A stretch of DNA of 64,000 nucleotides, from contig CM022679.1 in NCBI GenBank assembly GCA_012295275.1, positions 372,001 through 436,000 on the forward strand, in the 5' to 3' direction. A program made the translations under genes and the position numbers. Under the pieces are notes generated by a model that saw only the letters and a program-made list of their open reading frames with translations, did not search any database and was not told the DNA's origin. Shown here one piece after another: positions 51,036-64,000 of this stretch (its first letter is position 1; the number at the start of each line of letters is the position of its first letter). The DNA is from Chrysomallon squamiferum. Lineage: Eukaryota > Animalia > Mollusca.

Positions 51036-52766
51036 ACAGATATTACAACTGTACAGACTCATCTCTAAACAAAACCATACTGAATGTCAAAATTATTAAC
51101 ATACCACACCCACCCCTCTCTGTAAGAAAACCACAGACACAGATATTACAACTGTACAGACTCATCTCTAAACAAAACCATACTGAATGTTAAAATTATT
51201 AACATACCACACCCACCCCTCTCTGTAAGAAAACCACAGACACAGATATTACAACTGTACAGACTCATCTCTAAACAAAACCATACTGAATGTTAAAATT
51301 ATTAACATACCACACCCACCCCTCTCTGTAAGAAAACCACAGACACAGATATTACAACTGTACAGACTCATCTCTAAACAAAACCATACTGAATGTTAAA
51401 ATTATTAACATACCACACCCACCCCTCTCTGTAAGAAAACCACAGACACAGATATTACAACTGTACAGACTCATCTCTAAACAAAACCATACTGAATGTT
51501 AAAATTATTAACATACCACACCCACCCCCCTCTCTGTAAGAAAACCACAGACACAGATATTACAACTGTACAGACTCATCTCTAAACAAAACCATACTGA
51601 ATGTTAAAATTATTAACATACCACACCCACCCCTCTCTGTAAGAAAACCACAGACACAGATATTACAACTGTACAGACTCATCTCTAAACAAAACCATAC
51701 TGAATGTTAAAATTATTAACATACCACACCCACCCCTCTCTGTAAGAAAACCACAGACACAGATATTACAACTGTACAGACTCATCTCTAAACAAAACCA
51801 TACTGAATGAATCTGTAAGAAACCACAGACACAGATATTACAACTGTATTAACATACCATCATCCTAAACCAACAAAACCATACTGAATGTTAAAATTAT
51901 TAACATACCACACCCACCCCTCTCTGTAAGAAAACCACAGACACAGATATTACAACTGTACAGACTCATCTCTAAACAAAACCATACTGAATGTTAAAAT
52001 TATTAACATACCACACCCACCCCTCTCTGTAAGAAAACCACAGACACAGATATTACAACTGTACAGACTCATCTCTAAACAAAACCATACTGAATGTTAA
52101 AATTATTAACATACCACACCCAACCCTCTCTGTAAGAAAACCACAGACACAGATATTACAACTGTACAGACTCATCTCTAAACAAAACCATACTGAATGT
52201 TAAAATTATTAACATACCACACCCAACCCTCTCTGTATGAAAACCACAGACACAGATATTACAACTGTACAGACTCATCTCTAAACAAAACCATACTGAA
52301 TGTTAAAATTATTAACATACCACACCCACCCCTCTCTGTAAGAAAACCACAGACACAGATATTACAACTGTACAGACTCATCTCTAAACAAAACCATACT
52401 GAATGTTAAAATTATTAACATACCACACCCACCCCTCTCTGTAAGAAAACCACAGACACAGATATTACAACTGTACAGACTCATCTCTAAACAAAACCAT
52501 ACTGAATGTTAAAATTATTAACATACCACACCCACCCCCCTCTCTGTAAGAAAACCACAGACACAGATATTACAACTGTACAGACTCATCTCTAAACAAA
52601 ACCATACTGAATGTTAAAATTATTAACATACCACACCCACCCCTCTCTGTAAGAAAACCACAGACACAGATATTACAACTGTACAGACTCATCTCTAAAC
52701 AAAACCATACTGAATGTTAAAATTATTAACATACCACACCCACCCCTCTCTGTATGAAAACCACAG
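51036..52766. repeat. 103-bp tandem repeat, ~17 near-identical copies
   Basis: Unit ACAGATATTACAACTGTACAGACTCATCTCTAAAC...GTAAGAAAACCACAGAC starts at 51036, 51139 and onward. Confidence 0.97.
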
Positions 52767-53193
52767 AGAGCAGTTTGTTGTGTTGTTCTATTCTAAACAA
52801 AAACAGCAATTCCAGGAATCTGTGAAAATATTTCAGACTTGCTCAGGTGTGTTTTTACCTGCTGGAAATTAGCCAAGTAGAAATTCTTGTGAGAGTCAAG
52901 GTTTGGGAGGAAAGAACAGAAGCATGTAAATGGCAAATGTCTGTGGTTTCTGTCTGTTTATCAGTTTCCATAACTGCAGCAAACAGTTTAGATCCAGTAA
53001 AAACAACACCAAAATAAATTTATACTTTAGTAAATAACTGTCTGTCTGTCTGTACATATAAAAAAATAAAACAAAATACACATCTTTCACTTCAGTTCAC
53101 TGCATGATCTCCAAACACTTGTCTGTTACTATGTATCAATTAATTCAGTTAATATTTACAAGTCATCTTCTTTAACATCTTCTGTATGTTTTG

Positions 53194-53238
<45 letters not shown>

Positions 53239-53280
53239 TGTGTGTGTCTGTGACAGAGTATAAAGCAAACAAAAACTCAC

Positions 53281-53337
53281 AGTTCGTCTGTTTTCACTTG
53301 GAGACTTCTCTTGTGTAATCGTGCCAAAGATTGTCGG
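53281..53337 (-). CDS. Candidate 57-nt internal exon of an unidentified minus-strand gene
   Basis: TTTGTTTATTTTCAG acceptor, GTGAGT donor, length a multiple of 3, two open frames (RQSLARLHKRSLQVKTDE or PTIFGTITQEKSPSENRRT). Confidence 0.4.
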
Positions 53338-53993
53338 CTGAAAATAAACAAAAAAAGAACGTTAGTAAATACTTCCCCTGTGGAGACTTGAACTCACTCA
53401 GTTTGGCTGTTAATGATTTTTATCTTGGGAGAAAACAGAGAGGAGAGGTTAATGTTTGAATACATTCACTTAGTTTACTTCAACAGTCAGTGAAAACAGC
53501 TTTGTGTGTAAACGTTTACAAGTAAACAGACTGACTGAATAAATTAACCATGTGAACTTGCAACAAACAAAAGAAAAAACAAGTTAAATATTTGTGTTAA
53601 AAAACAAATACAAAAGTACATAGATTAAAAGAAGTAAAAATGTTGATTTGTACTTGAAAAACAGTGAAGTAGTGTAGTATGACTTGTATGTAAAATACCA
53701 CTGCTAGCTGTTAATCATGAGTTATAAAAAACAAAACAGTTTTCTTATTTTATTGCTGAAGATAAATGACATATAACTTGTATCTAACCTCTGTAGTGAC
53801 ATATCACTGATATCAAACATGATAAATCAAACTGGAATGATACAGAAAGACAGACAGTCAGAGAGAGAGAGAGAAATAATGACAGTTAAAAAAGAGAAAC
53901 AGAGAAAGAAAAGAGCGAGTTAATTTACACACACACAGACACTCACACACACACACACACAGACACACACACACATAGACACACACACAGACA

Positions 53994-54033
<40 letters not shown>

Positions 54034-54510
54034 AATAGACACACACACATGCACACACACACACACACATTCACTCATATACATTCAGATATATAAACAC
54101 AGTTTCTGCTGCCTGGATTTGAACCAGCAATGTCAGTCTGAAAGTCCATGCAGTATCATAATTAACACTGTCCTGTACTAAAAGTGGGATCAAAACTGTT
54201 GTTAAACTTTTGTTGAAAAACCAGCTGATAACATTTGTAGAGTCTCATTTAAATATGCTAAGATTTGTTCTCTTATTTTTTCTGTCCAAAATAAATGGAT
54301 GTCTAAAAACATTTTCTTCTTTTCTTTTTTTAAATAAAATTTCCAGCAGGAAACAGAGATTAGTTACTGCCAGAATCTTGTTTGACTTAGAAACCCAAAT
54401 GATGGGAGAACTGGAGAATTCCTTGGCAAAGATTTTCATTCTTAACTTATCATGTTTTCTCAGATTTCTAGAAAAAACAGATCACCAGCATATTTGATAA
54501 ACATAAATTT

Positions 54511-56010
54511 ATCTGTGTGACTGTGTGTGTCTGTGTATATGTGTGACTGTGTGTGTCTTTGTATATGTGTGACTGTGTGTGTCTTTGTATATGTGTATAT
54601 GTGTGTGTCTTTGTATATGTGTATGTGTGTGTCTGTGTATGTGTGTGTGACTGTGTGTGTTTTGTATATGTGTGACTGTGTGTGTCTGTGTATATGTGTG
54701 TGTGTCTTTGTATATGTGTATATGTGTGTGTCTTTGTATATGTGTGACTGTGTGTGTCTTTGTATATGTGTGACTGTGTGTGTCTTTGTATATGTGTGTA
54801 TGTGTGTGTCTTTGTATATGTGTATATGTGTGTGTCTTTGTATATGTGTGACTGTGTGTGTCTTTGTATATGTGTGACTGTGTGTGTCTTTGTATATGTG
54901 TGTATGTGTGTGTCTTTGTATCTGTGTGACTGTGTGTGTCTTTGTATATGTGTGACTGTGTGTGTCTGTGTATATGTGTGACTGTGTGTGTCTTTGTATA
55001 TGTGTGACTGTGTGTGTCTTTGTATATGTGTGTATGTGTGTGTCTTTGTATCTGTGTGACTGTGTGTGTCTTTGTATATGTGTGACTGTGTGTGTCTTTG
55101 TATATGTGTGACTGTGTGTGTCTTTGTATATGTGTGATGTGTGTGTCTTTGTATCTGTGTGACTGTGTGTGTCTTTGTATATATGTGTGACTGTGTGTGT
55201 GTGTATATTTGACTGTGTGTGTCTTTGTATATGTGTGACTGTGTGTGTCTTTGTATATGTGTGTATGTGTGTGTCTTTGTATCTGTGTGACTGTGTGTGT
55301 CTTTGTATATGTGTGACTGTGTGTGTCTTTGTATATGTGTGACTGTGTGTGTCTTTGTATATGTGTATATGTGTGACTGTGTGTGTCTGTGTTGTGTCTG
55401 TGTATATGTGTGACTGTGTGTGTCTTTGTATATGTGTGACTGTGTGTGTCTTTGTATATGTGTGTATGTGTGTGTCTTTGATCTGTGTGACTGTGTGTGT
55501 CTTTGTATATGTGTGACTGTGTGTGTCTTTGTATATGTGTGACTGTGTGTGTCTTTGTATATGTGTGACTGTGTGTGTCTTTGTATCTGTGTGACTGTGT
55601 GTGTCTGTGTATATGTGTGACTGTGTGTGTCTTTGTATATGTGTGACTGTGTGTGTCTGTGTATATGTGTGACTGTGTGTGTCTTTGTATATGTGTGACT
55701 GTGTGTGTCTTTGTATATGTGTGACTGTGTGTGTCTTTGTATATGTGTGACTGTGTGTGTCTTTGTATATGTGTGACTGTGTGTGTCTGTGTATATGTGT
55801 GACTGTGTGTGTCTGTGTATCTGTGTATATGTGTGTGTCTTTGTATATGTGTGACTGTGTGTGTCTTTGTATATGTGTGACTGTGTGTGTCTTTGTATAT
55901 GTGTGTATGTGTGTGTCTTTGTATATGTGTATATGTGTGTGTCTTTGTATATGTGTATATGTGTGTGTCTTTGTATATGTGTATATGTGTGTGTAGATAT
56001 GTATGTGTGT
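54511..56010. repeat. 26-bp (TG)-derived minisatellite, more than 50 copies
   Basis: Unit GTGTGACTGTGTGTGTCTTTGTATAT. Confidence 0.95.
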
Positions 56011-57301
56011 GTATAAATATATTTCTAAAAAGATAAAAATTATATTCATTATGTTTTATACTTAATATATGTACACCTGTGTGTGTATGTATGTATGTAT
56101 GTATGCATATGTATATATATGTGTGTGTGGGTGGGTGTGTATAAATATATGTATATGTTAGCATACAAATAAACACACACACACACACACACTAATATGA
56201 TTAATAATTAAAATAGCTTATAAAAGTAGTGATATTAATTTGATTTCTTCACAAAATTCAGAATAAAAACAACAGTAGTAGTAATAATGATGATAATATA
56301 ATAATATAATAATAATAATAACAAAAGCAGTAATCATAACAATAATAATAATAATAATAATAATGATGATAATAATAATAATAATAATAATAACAACAAA
56401 AGCAATAATCATCACAATAATAATAAAAGCTGTAATAGAAATGATAATGGTAATAATAAAAGCAACATCCTATATGTCTGATATACTTACATATTAAGAA
56501 AACAAAAAGTGTTTAAACTTGTCCTCATACAGTGCATCCAACAAAGTCTGTGTTCTTACAACAAACACAAAATCAGTGTTTACTAAAACACAAAATCCTG
56601 TTTTTTATCAACAAGCACGAAAAATCTGATGTTTTCTAATAAACACAAAATCCTGGTTATACTAAAACACAGCAGTGATGTAGAGGAACTGGTTCACAGC
56701 ACGCAGACAGAGAAACAGAAAAACTAATGAAACGTTTCAAGTTGTTCCACTTGCAGATTTCTCTGCGAGAGAGAGAGAGAGAAGACAGAAACAAGAGACT
56801 TGCAGATTAACTCAGACAGAGGCTGTCAATCAAGGTTACTATAACAATGCTTGTTCCCCCCCCCTCTAATCACCTGGGAGTGGTCATCACTGAGGTTAAC
56901 TGACAGATGAGGTTAAGAGGTTTAGGATAAATTAAAGAAGAAGAGGTTGTTAGTGTATTTAAACAGAGGATGATTATGTGTAATAAATTAACAGTACCAC
57001 TAGATTACTGTATTAGTTCTAAAGAGAGACAGATAGACAGATAGATAAAGAAAGAATACAGAAAGGGAAAACTGAGCTGGAATGGGAAATCATATAAAAT
57101 CACGAGACACTGCAGTACATCAGTACCAGCACTAGCTGAACAGTTGTTTAAGTGAGAATTGAGGTAAGTGTTATTTTCAGGTGTTAAATCACTTGATACA
57201 CAGACCTACAGGTGTTGTGTTACCTGTGCTAAAAACCACACTGTTCTTTATATCACACACATCTGTTTTACTAACAGCAGCTAAACACATCAACTGGATA
57301 A

Positions 57302-57508
57302 ACACACAACCAGTAACACACAACCAGTAACACACAACCAGTAAAACACAACCAGTAACACAACCAGTAACACACAACCAGTAACACACAACCAGTAACA
57401 CAACCAGTAACACAACCAGTAACACAACCAGTAACACAACCAGTAACACACAACCAGTAACACAACCAGTAACACACAACCAGTAACACAACCAGTAACA
57501 CACAACCA
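57302..57508. repeat. 12/14-bp tandem repeat
   Basis: ACACAACCAGTA(AC) units. Confidence 0.9.
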
Positions 57509-58149
57509 CTTGACCAACTTCTAACCAGTTGCTATTTAATAGTTAAAACAGCTATTTAGTTCTTAATAACCTTTTTTTATTTTTAACCTTTATTTATTTT
57601 TTTTATTTATACTACTCCAGTAACAAAGATTAATCTACATGTATAAACATATTTGTATGTTTGTGCTTGTATGTATGTGTTTAGATGTATGTGTTTGTGT
57701 ATGTGTATACCAATACATAAAAAAAATGATCTCAGTTAATTCAATCCTTTTATTATCAGTTATTTTTTAGGGGCAGTAAAACAACTAAAACAAATTTTTA
57801 ATCTATTGTTTTTCTTATTATTAATTTTTCTTCTTCTTCTTCTTATTATTATTATTATTATTATTTTTTATTATTATGTTTGTTATTATTTCTTTGTTTT
57901 ATACTTTTTAATATTAAAACTATAACTTATACAGATATCATTATTAATCTATCATTTTTTTTTTACAAAAAATAAATAAATAATAACATATACACATACA
58001 TACACACATATTAACACATACACTCATGTACAAACACTCATACATATGCACACACATATAACAGATAAATAAAATATACATATATGCAGAGATACAAAAT
58101 ATAGTTAACATATATAAAAAAATAAAAATCATACAAACATGCATAGATA

Positions 58150-58244
<95 letters not shown>

Positions 58245-59267
58245 GTAAATATGTAAACAGCATGTTTCATGTACAAATATGTGTCTTTGTCTGTTTGCAT
58301 CTGTGTTAGTCTATTATTAATTTCAAGCTACAATACACCAACTTCAATCTTAAAAATATAATTATTAATAAAAAATTCAATAATATTAAAAATCATATCA
58401 TCTATACATGTTTATGTTTGGTTTGTGTGTGTGTGTGTGTGTGTGTGTGCTCGAATGCGTATGCCTTTATTACGAATATCAAGCAAATTATGGCATCAAT
58501 AACATTTAAAAAAAAATAATGTAATTATCAAGAATACAATTATATAATTCTAAAAATCACTTGTACCTTGTCCAAGTAAAAACAGGATCCAAAGGAGATG
58601 TTTTTATTCCAGGGAAGTAACCAGCACTCAAACATCGTGAAGTAACTCTCGTATTTACCATCAGTTAATCAACTTTCTGCATCACCTTATATACAGCTCC
58701 AACTTGGTAAACAACGACACACACTGAATCACACCTAGACTGTACACCAGTCTGTTCTACAGACACAAACACCAGCTACTTTGTTTGTCCAGTCACTTAC
58801 ACATTTTGTGTTTTTTTAATCAAAATAATAATAAATAAAACAAAGTTTATAATTTATACAATGGATGTGTACGTAGAACAATATATCTATTTGTTCAATT
58901 GTCTGAAACAGACTTTGGCAAGTCTAGTGCCTGTTGCTCATCCAGTACTGAGTCAGAATTCCATCATCAATCAATATTCTTTCTGTTTTCTTAGAAATTC
59001 TCAAATTTGCAGGAATTAATTTCAGGATGATAAAAATTTCACATCCACTGCCAAGAATTGTTTTGAACACAACAATGTGTTTGTTTTCAACACAACAATG
59101 TGTTTGTTTATTTCAAGGACACAACACAAAATAATAGTGTAAGAGTGAAACTTGAGAAAAAGTTAAAGAAGAATTTTACAATTTCCGTTTTCTTTTAAAG
59201 TATAACTGTATTAGTAACAGAATGAAAATAGTAAATAAAATGAAATAAAATAAGATAAAAATTACAC

Positions 59268-59302
<35 letters not shown>

Positions 59303-59390
59303 TATAGTATAATAAATAAAAGCAATAAAAAAGTAAAATAGAATTTGTGTTTTTAAATTAATTAAAATCAGTACCTGTATGTATGTGTGA

Positions 59391-59655
59391 AATATAACTA
59401 TGTGTAATATAACTACGTATAATATAACTATGTATATAACTATGTGTAATATAACTATGTGTAATATAACTATGTATAATATAACTATGTATATAACTAT
59501 GTGTAATATAACTATGTATAATATAACTATGTATAATATAACTATGTATATAACTGTGTAATATAACTATGTATAATATAACTATGTATAATATAACTAT
59601 GTGTAATATAACTATGTATAATATAACTATGTATATAACTATGTATATAACTGTG
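59391..59655. repeat. 12/15-bp tandem repeat
   Basis: AATATAACTATGTAT units. Confidence 0.9.
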
Positions 59656-61177
59656 TGTAACACAGTGGGAGGACCACACATGGAAGTGGTTGAAGCTCTA
59701 ATCTGTAATTTGTTGATCTCCGCCTGTCACTGAGATGTTTAACAGGGAGACTCTCCAGAAACTGACCCTCAGGGCAGATAAGAGGCTGGGTTAGGCAGTG
59801 ACTCCCTGGAGATAACTGTTGATTGATTGTGTCCAGTTCAACAATGGAGATAATTTTGGACATTAGTGACCACTGGTCAGGCAGTGCAGTGTTTGTAATG
59901 AAGTGTGATTGGTCAAAGCACTGGACACTGGTCAGTAAATCAGTTTTACACCTCATCAGTTGTTTACAGTCAGACACGTCACAGTTGTAGTGGTTCAAGT
60001 CTTGCACACAATAAAGTTTTGTTAATAAAGTGTTGAGTGTCAGCAATCAGAGTATTAAACTTAATTATGTGCAGAACTCGGTGAGAAGATTTGATCTCAG
60101 CATCTACACATCTAAAAATCAAACATTTAACCATAAACTAAAAAGTGCTGTAATTGTAAAAGTAGCTATTTTTAGCTTGATTTACACAAGCACGCCTGTC
60201 GTGAACACATCAGTTTTTCTCTCAGTCAGTTCTACATTACTGAGTACATTAGTGAGAAATTCAAACCGGTCAGTTTCTAACAGGTTGTTGACCAGAGGTC
60301 AGCTGACAGTGTAATTGCTTGCATGTTAAAGATAAGAATGTAACAAGACTAAGACCACTGAAACCTATCAGAAAGTTTTATTTCAGGAAATCACTAAAAA
60401 TATATTTTTTAAAATTATTATAAATAGAAAAAAGAAATAAAAATGTTTATATAAACATTCAACATACGAAGTGAATAGAAAACCTGTAAATAAATACAGA
60501 AATGTGTCCAACTCAGTCATCAGGGGAGATAAGTCTATGATAAAATATTAACAGCTCTCTGGAGTGAGGTAGAGAAATGTTGATGAAGAGAAACTTAGAC
60601 TCTGGAGATCTCAGCAATGTTTATCTATGATGTTCCTCTGTACAAAGCCTTCCCAGCCTTCTCACACATAAACAGTTAAACAAGAGTCTGACAGTGTGAT
60701 ACAACTTGTATTAATCTGCTTGTAGAGTTCTGTCACTTAAACTGTCAGTCTTATAGTCCAGTGGTTAGAACAATTGTCTCATATTTAATATGTCACAGGT
60801 GTAATCCTTTATCATGTATTATATCAAAGAACAGACAAGTTGTATCTCCATAATTCTGTGTGTGTATGTGTGTAAGTATGTGTGTGTGTGTGTGTATGGA
60901 TGTATGGATATATGTATGCATGTATGTATGTGCGTGTGTGTGTGTGCTTGTTGTCATCACCTATTTCTCTATGTCTCTCTGTATTACTCTCTATTCTTAA
61001 CAGGAAAACCTGATTTGGAGATGTCACTCTGTGTTAATATTCATTTGTAATTTTGTTCATGTTGGCTTGTTACTGTGTTATGTAATGTGCTATTGTCCAT
61101 CTATCTCTATGTATGTCTGTCTGTTTCTCTCTCTCTGTGTATGTATCTATGGTTATGTCTATTCATCTATCCATCCA

Positions 61178-61239
<62 letters not shown>

Positions 61240-61419
61240 ATTTTTCAGATAAGAAAGATAAAAATATGTTTTGCATCTGGAATTCACCTGTACAATGCCC
61301 CCCTCCCCCACACATACCTCACATGTTTCCAATAGCAACACATCATGAACTTTGACCTTTTCATTCCTCAACAGATAAAGTGTATTAGTCAGTGGAGTGC
61401 AATTGTCTGTTTATTTCTG

Positions 61420-62005
61420 TCAGATCTGTCTGTGTGTCTGTGTGTCTGTTTGTATCTGTGTGTCTGTACATTTGCCTGTGTGTCTGTGTAGTTGTGAATC
61501 TGTATGTCTGTATGCATGTGTATATGTGTGTCTGTGTGTCTGTATATCTGTATGTCTGTGTGTCTGTATGTCTGTGTGTCTGTATGTCTGTGTGTCTGTG
61601 TAGTTGTGTATATGTATGTCTGTGTATCTGTGTCTGTGTATCTGTGTGTCTGTATGTCTGTGTATCTGTGTGTCTGTGTGTCTGTATGTCTATGTGTCTG
61701 TATGTCTGTGTGTATATGTATCTGTGTAGTTATGTATCTGTGTCTGTGTATCTGTGTGTCTGTGTGTCTGTGTAGTTGTATATCTGTATGTCTGTGTATA
61801 TGTACATCTGTGTGTGTATTTGTGTATCTGTATGTCTGTGTGTATATGTATCTGTGTAGTTGTGTATCTGTGTCTGTGTCTGTGTAGTTGTATATCTGTG
61901 TATCTGTGTGTCTGTGTGTCTGTGTAGTTGTATATCTGTATGTCTGTGTATCTGTACATCTATGTGTGTATTTGTGTATCTGTATGTCTGTGTTTCTGTA
62001 CTGTG
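61420..62005. repeat. Compound (TGTC/TGTA/TG) microsatellite
   Basis: Low-complexity TG-rich tract. Confidence 0.9.
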
Positions 62006-62157
62006 TGTTATTTGTGCAACATAAGATGTACTCAGTTCTGACTTGAAAGCTTTCTGTTTGTAAATTCATTCATCCACAATTCCAAGTTAATTCATGTGTG
62101 ATACATCTTACTAGACACATCTATTTTGTGTGGGGAAACTCAGCTTACATCCACTCT

Positions 62158-62708
62158 GTGTTATATTTGTCATATCTAACATGTTATATTTGTCATATCT
62201 AACATGTTATATCAGACCAAACCCCTATGATATCTAACATGTTATGTTTGAGATATTTAACATGTTATATTTGTGATATTTAACATGTTATGTTTGTGAT
62301 ATTTAACGTTATATTTGTGATATTTAACATCTTATATTTGTGATATTTAACATTTTATGTTTGTGATATTTAACATGTTATATTTGTGATATCTAACGTT
62401 ATATTTGTGATATTTAACATGTTATGTTTGTGACATTTAACATGTTATGTTTGTGACATTTAACATGTTATATTTGTGATATTTAACATGTTATGTTTGT
62501 GATATTTAACGTTATATTTGTGATATTTAACATCTTATATTTGTGATATTTAACATTTTATGTTTGTGATATTTAACATGTTATATTTGTGATATCTAAC
62601 ATGTTATATTTGTGATATATAACATGTTATGTTTGAGATATTTAACATGTTATGTTTGTGATATTTAACATGTTATGTTTGTGATATTTAACATGTTATG
62701 TTTGTGAT
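62158..62708. repeat. 23-bp minisatellite, ~23 copies
   Basis: Unit TGTTATATTTGTGATATTTAACA. Confidence 0.92.
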
Positions 62709-62879
62709 GTGCAAAAAACAACAACAATAATAGTAATAACAGAATTTTTTTCGGAGTCTGTTTCAATCCAATGGCAGGTTGGCTTCGAGATGACTGAAAC
62801 AGAAAAATACAAATTTAGTTTTTATTTTTAGTTTTTCTTATTAAATAAATTTATCACATAACAAACCTGAAGAATTATG

Positions 62880-63130
62880 TAATAATAATAATAATTATAG
62901 TAACAACAACAACAACAAGAGCAAAATCAACAACAACAATAATAGTAATAATAGAATTAAAAAAAATAATAAATGTTTAACAATAGTAATGGTGATAGTA
63001 GTACTAGTAGTAGTAGTAGCAATAATAATAATAATAATCATAATAATAATCATAATAGTAATAATAATAGTAATAATAATAATAATAATAATAATAGTAA
63101 TAATAATAATAATTATAATAGTAATAACAG

Positions 63131-63165
<35 letters not shown>

Positions 63166-63180
63166 ATAATAATAACAGTA
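62880..63180. repeat. (AAT/AGT/AAC)n trinucleotide microsatellite complex
   Basis: Long imperfect AAT runs. Confidence 0.9.
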
Positions 63181-63545
63181 AATACACACCAGCAGTGTTC
63201 AAATTTAAAATGAGTAATTGTGTCAATCTGTTATTTACTGTTAAAACAAGTTGTTTAATAGGTCAGTTTACTGTTACATCAACCAATCAGCTGCTGTGTA
63301 ACATGTCACTGACTCTTCACCCACTTCTCTGTCTTAGTAGTCAACTTCTTTTATTTCTTCTTTTTTATTTAATTATTTATTTATTTTCATTTTTTTTCTT
63401 TGTTGTTGTTGTTGTTGTTGTTATTATTATTATTATATTATCAACATCATTGATGATGTTGTTGTTGTTGTTAAATTAACATCATGTTCCTGCTGACTTT
63501 GATACTTTAGTTGTGAGTACTGGTTAGACTGGGAAATAACACAAA

Positions 63546-63608
63546 GGTAGACCAGTGAGGATTGATCCTGTAACCTAAGACGTGAGTGTTCTAACCACTG
63601 AACTACTG
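63546..63608 (-). mobile_element. Possible decayed tRNA-derived SINE head
   Basis: Minus strand GTAGTTCAGTGGTTAGAACACTC (A-box-like) then GGATCAATCC (B-box-like); no cloverleaf. Confidence 0.35.
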
Positions 63609-64000
63609 TAGTGTTAATCTACAGTTTACCTGTGTTACTAATCTACTTTCTGTTACAGTGGCCAGGTGAATGTCAGTCTGAACATCAATATTAATTTAAT
63701 CACCTGACAGGTAATATCAGATGTTGATAACAAAAAACTCATTATTTACTCTTGATTAGCTTTGTCAGCTAAACTTGTCACTGTTCAGATGTCAGGTATA
63801 AAATAAATAAATAAACAAAGACAAGAAACACAAACAAACAAACAAACAAATAAAATAAAATAAATAAATCTAAACATCTCAGTGACATGTAAGACCCAGG
63901 TGTTTAAAAATCATCAAAATACAAATATTAGTTCAGTCACCTTCCAGGTACACACTCTCACTCAGGTGTCAGCTTTTCGAAAAGTCTAATTATTTACTTA

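Noticed and set aside
54105-54175. tRNA-like B box GGTTCAAATCC on -
   Set aside because: No A box or cloverleaf pairing; at most a decayed SINE or tRNA relic
54460-56188. 529- and 559-aa His/Thr-rich ORFs (similar ones at 61389-62069, 43558-44139 and 28014-28777)
   Set aside because: Translations of CA/TG-derived micro- and minisatellites

Overview
AT-rich, intron- and repeat-rich animal genomic DNA. It is invertebrate, probably mollusc, but the taxon is an inference. Two complete spliced genes could be rebuilt by hand. (1) A casein kinase 1 delta/epsilon (doubletime-type) gene on + (ATG 1314) has seven shared coding exons and two in-frame, mutually exclusive terminal exons (13854-14113 and 16811-17037) giving two unrelated C-terminal tails. 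(2) A convergent 14-exon gene on - (31019 to 21100, 481 aa) encodes a secreted PqaA/AprA-family alpha/beta-hydrolase. The first exon and promoter of that gene sit between the arms of a ~1.2 kb, near-identical but not identical inverted duplication that copies exons 2-3. A (TTAGGG)4 tract marks one junction. The duplicate then jumps to an intron-5 minisatellite and runs into a dyad-rich, CpG-rich 374-bp satellite array that ends at a 200-N scaffold gap. Introns hold a Tigger/pogo 5' fragment, an RTE-like LINE fragment and many minisatellites, several seated directly on splice sites. After the gap the sequence is mostly non-coding, with minisatellites, microsatellites and a few orphan minus-strand exon candidates. 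Nearly all long ORFs in the supplied track are repeat artefacts.
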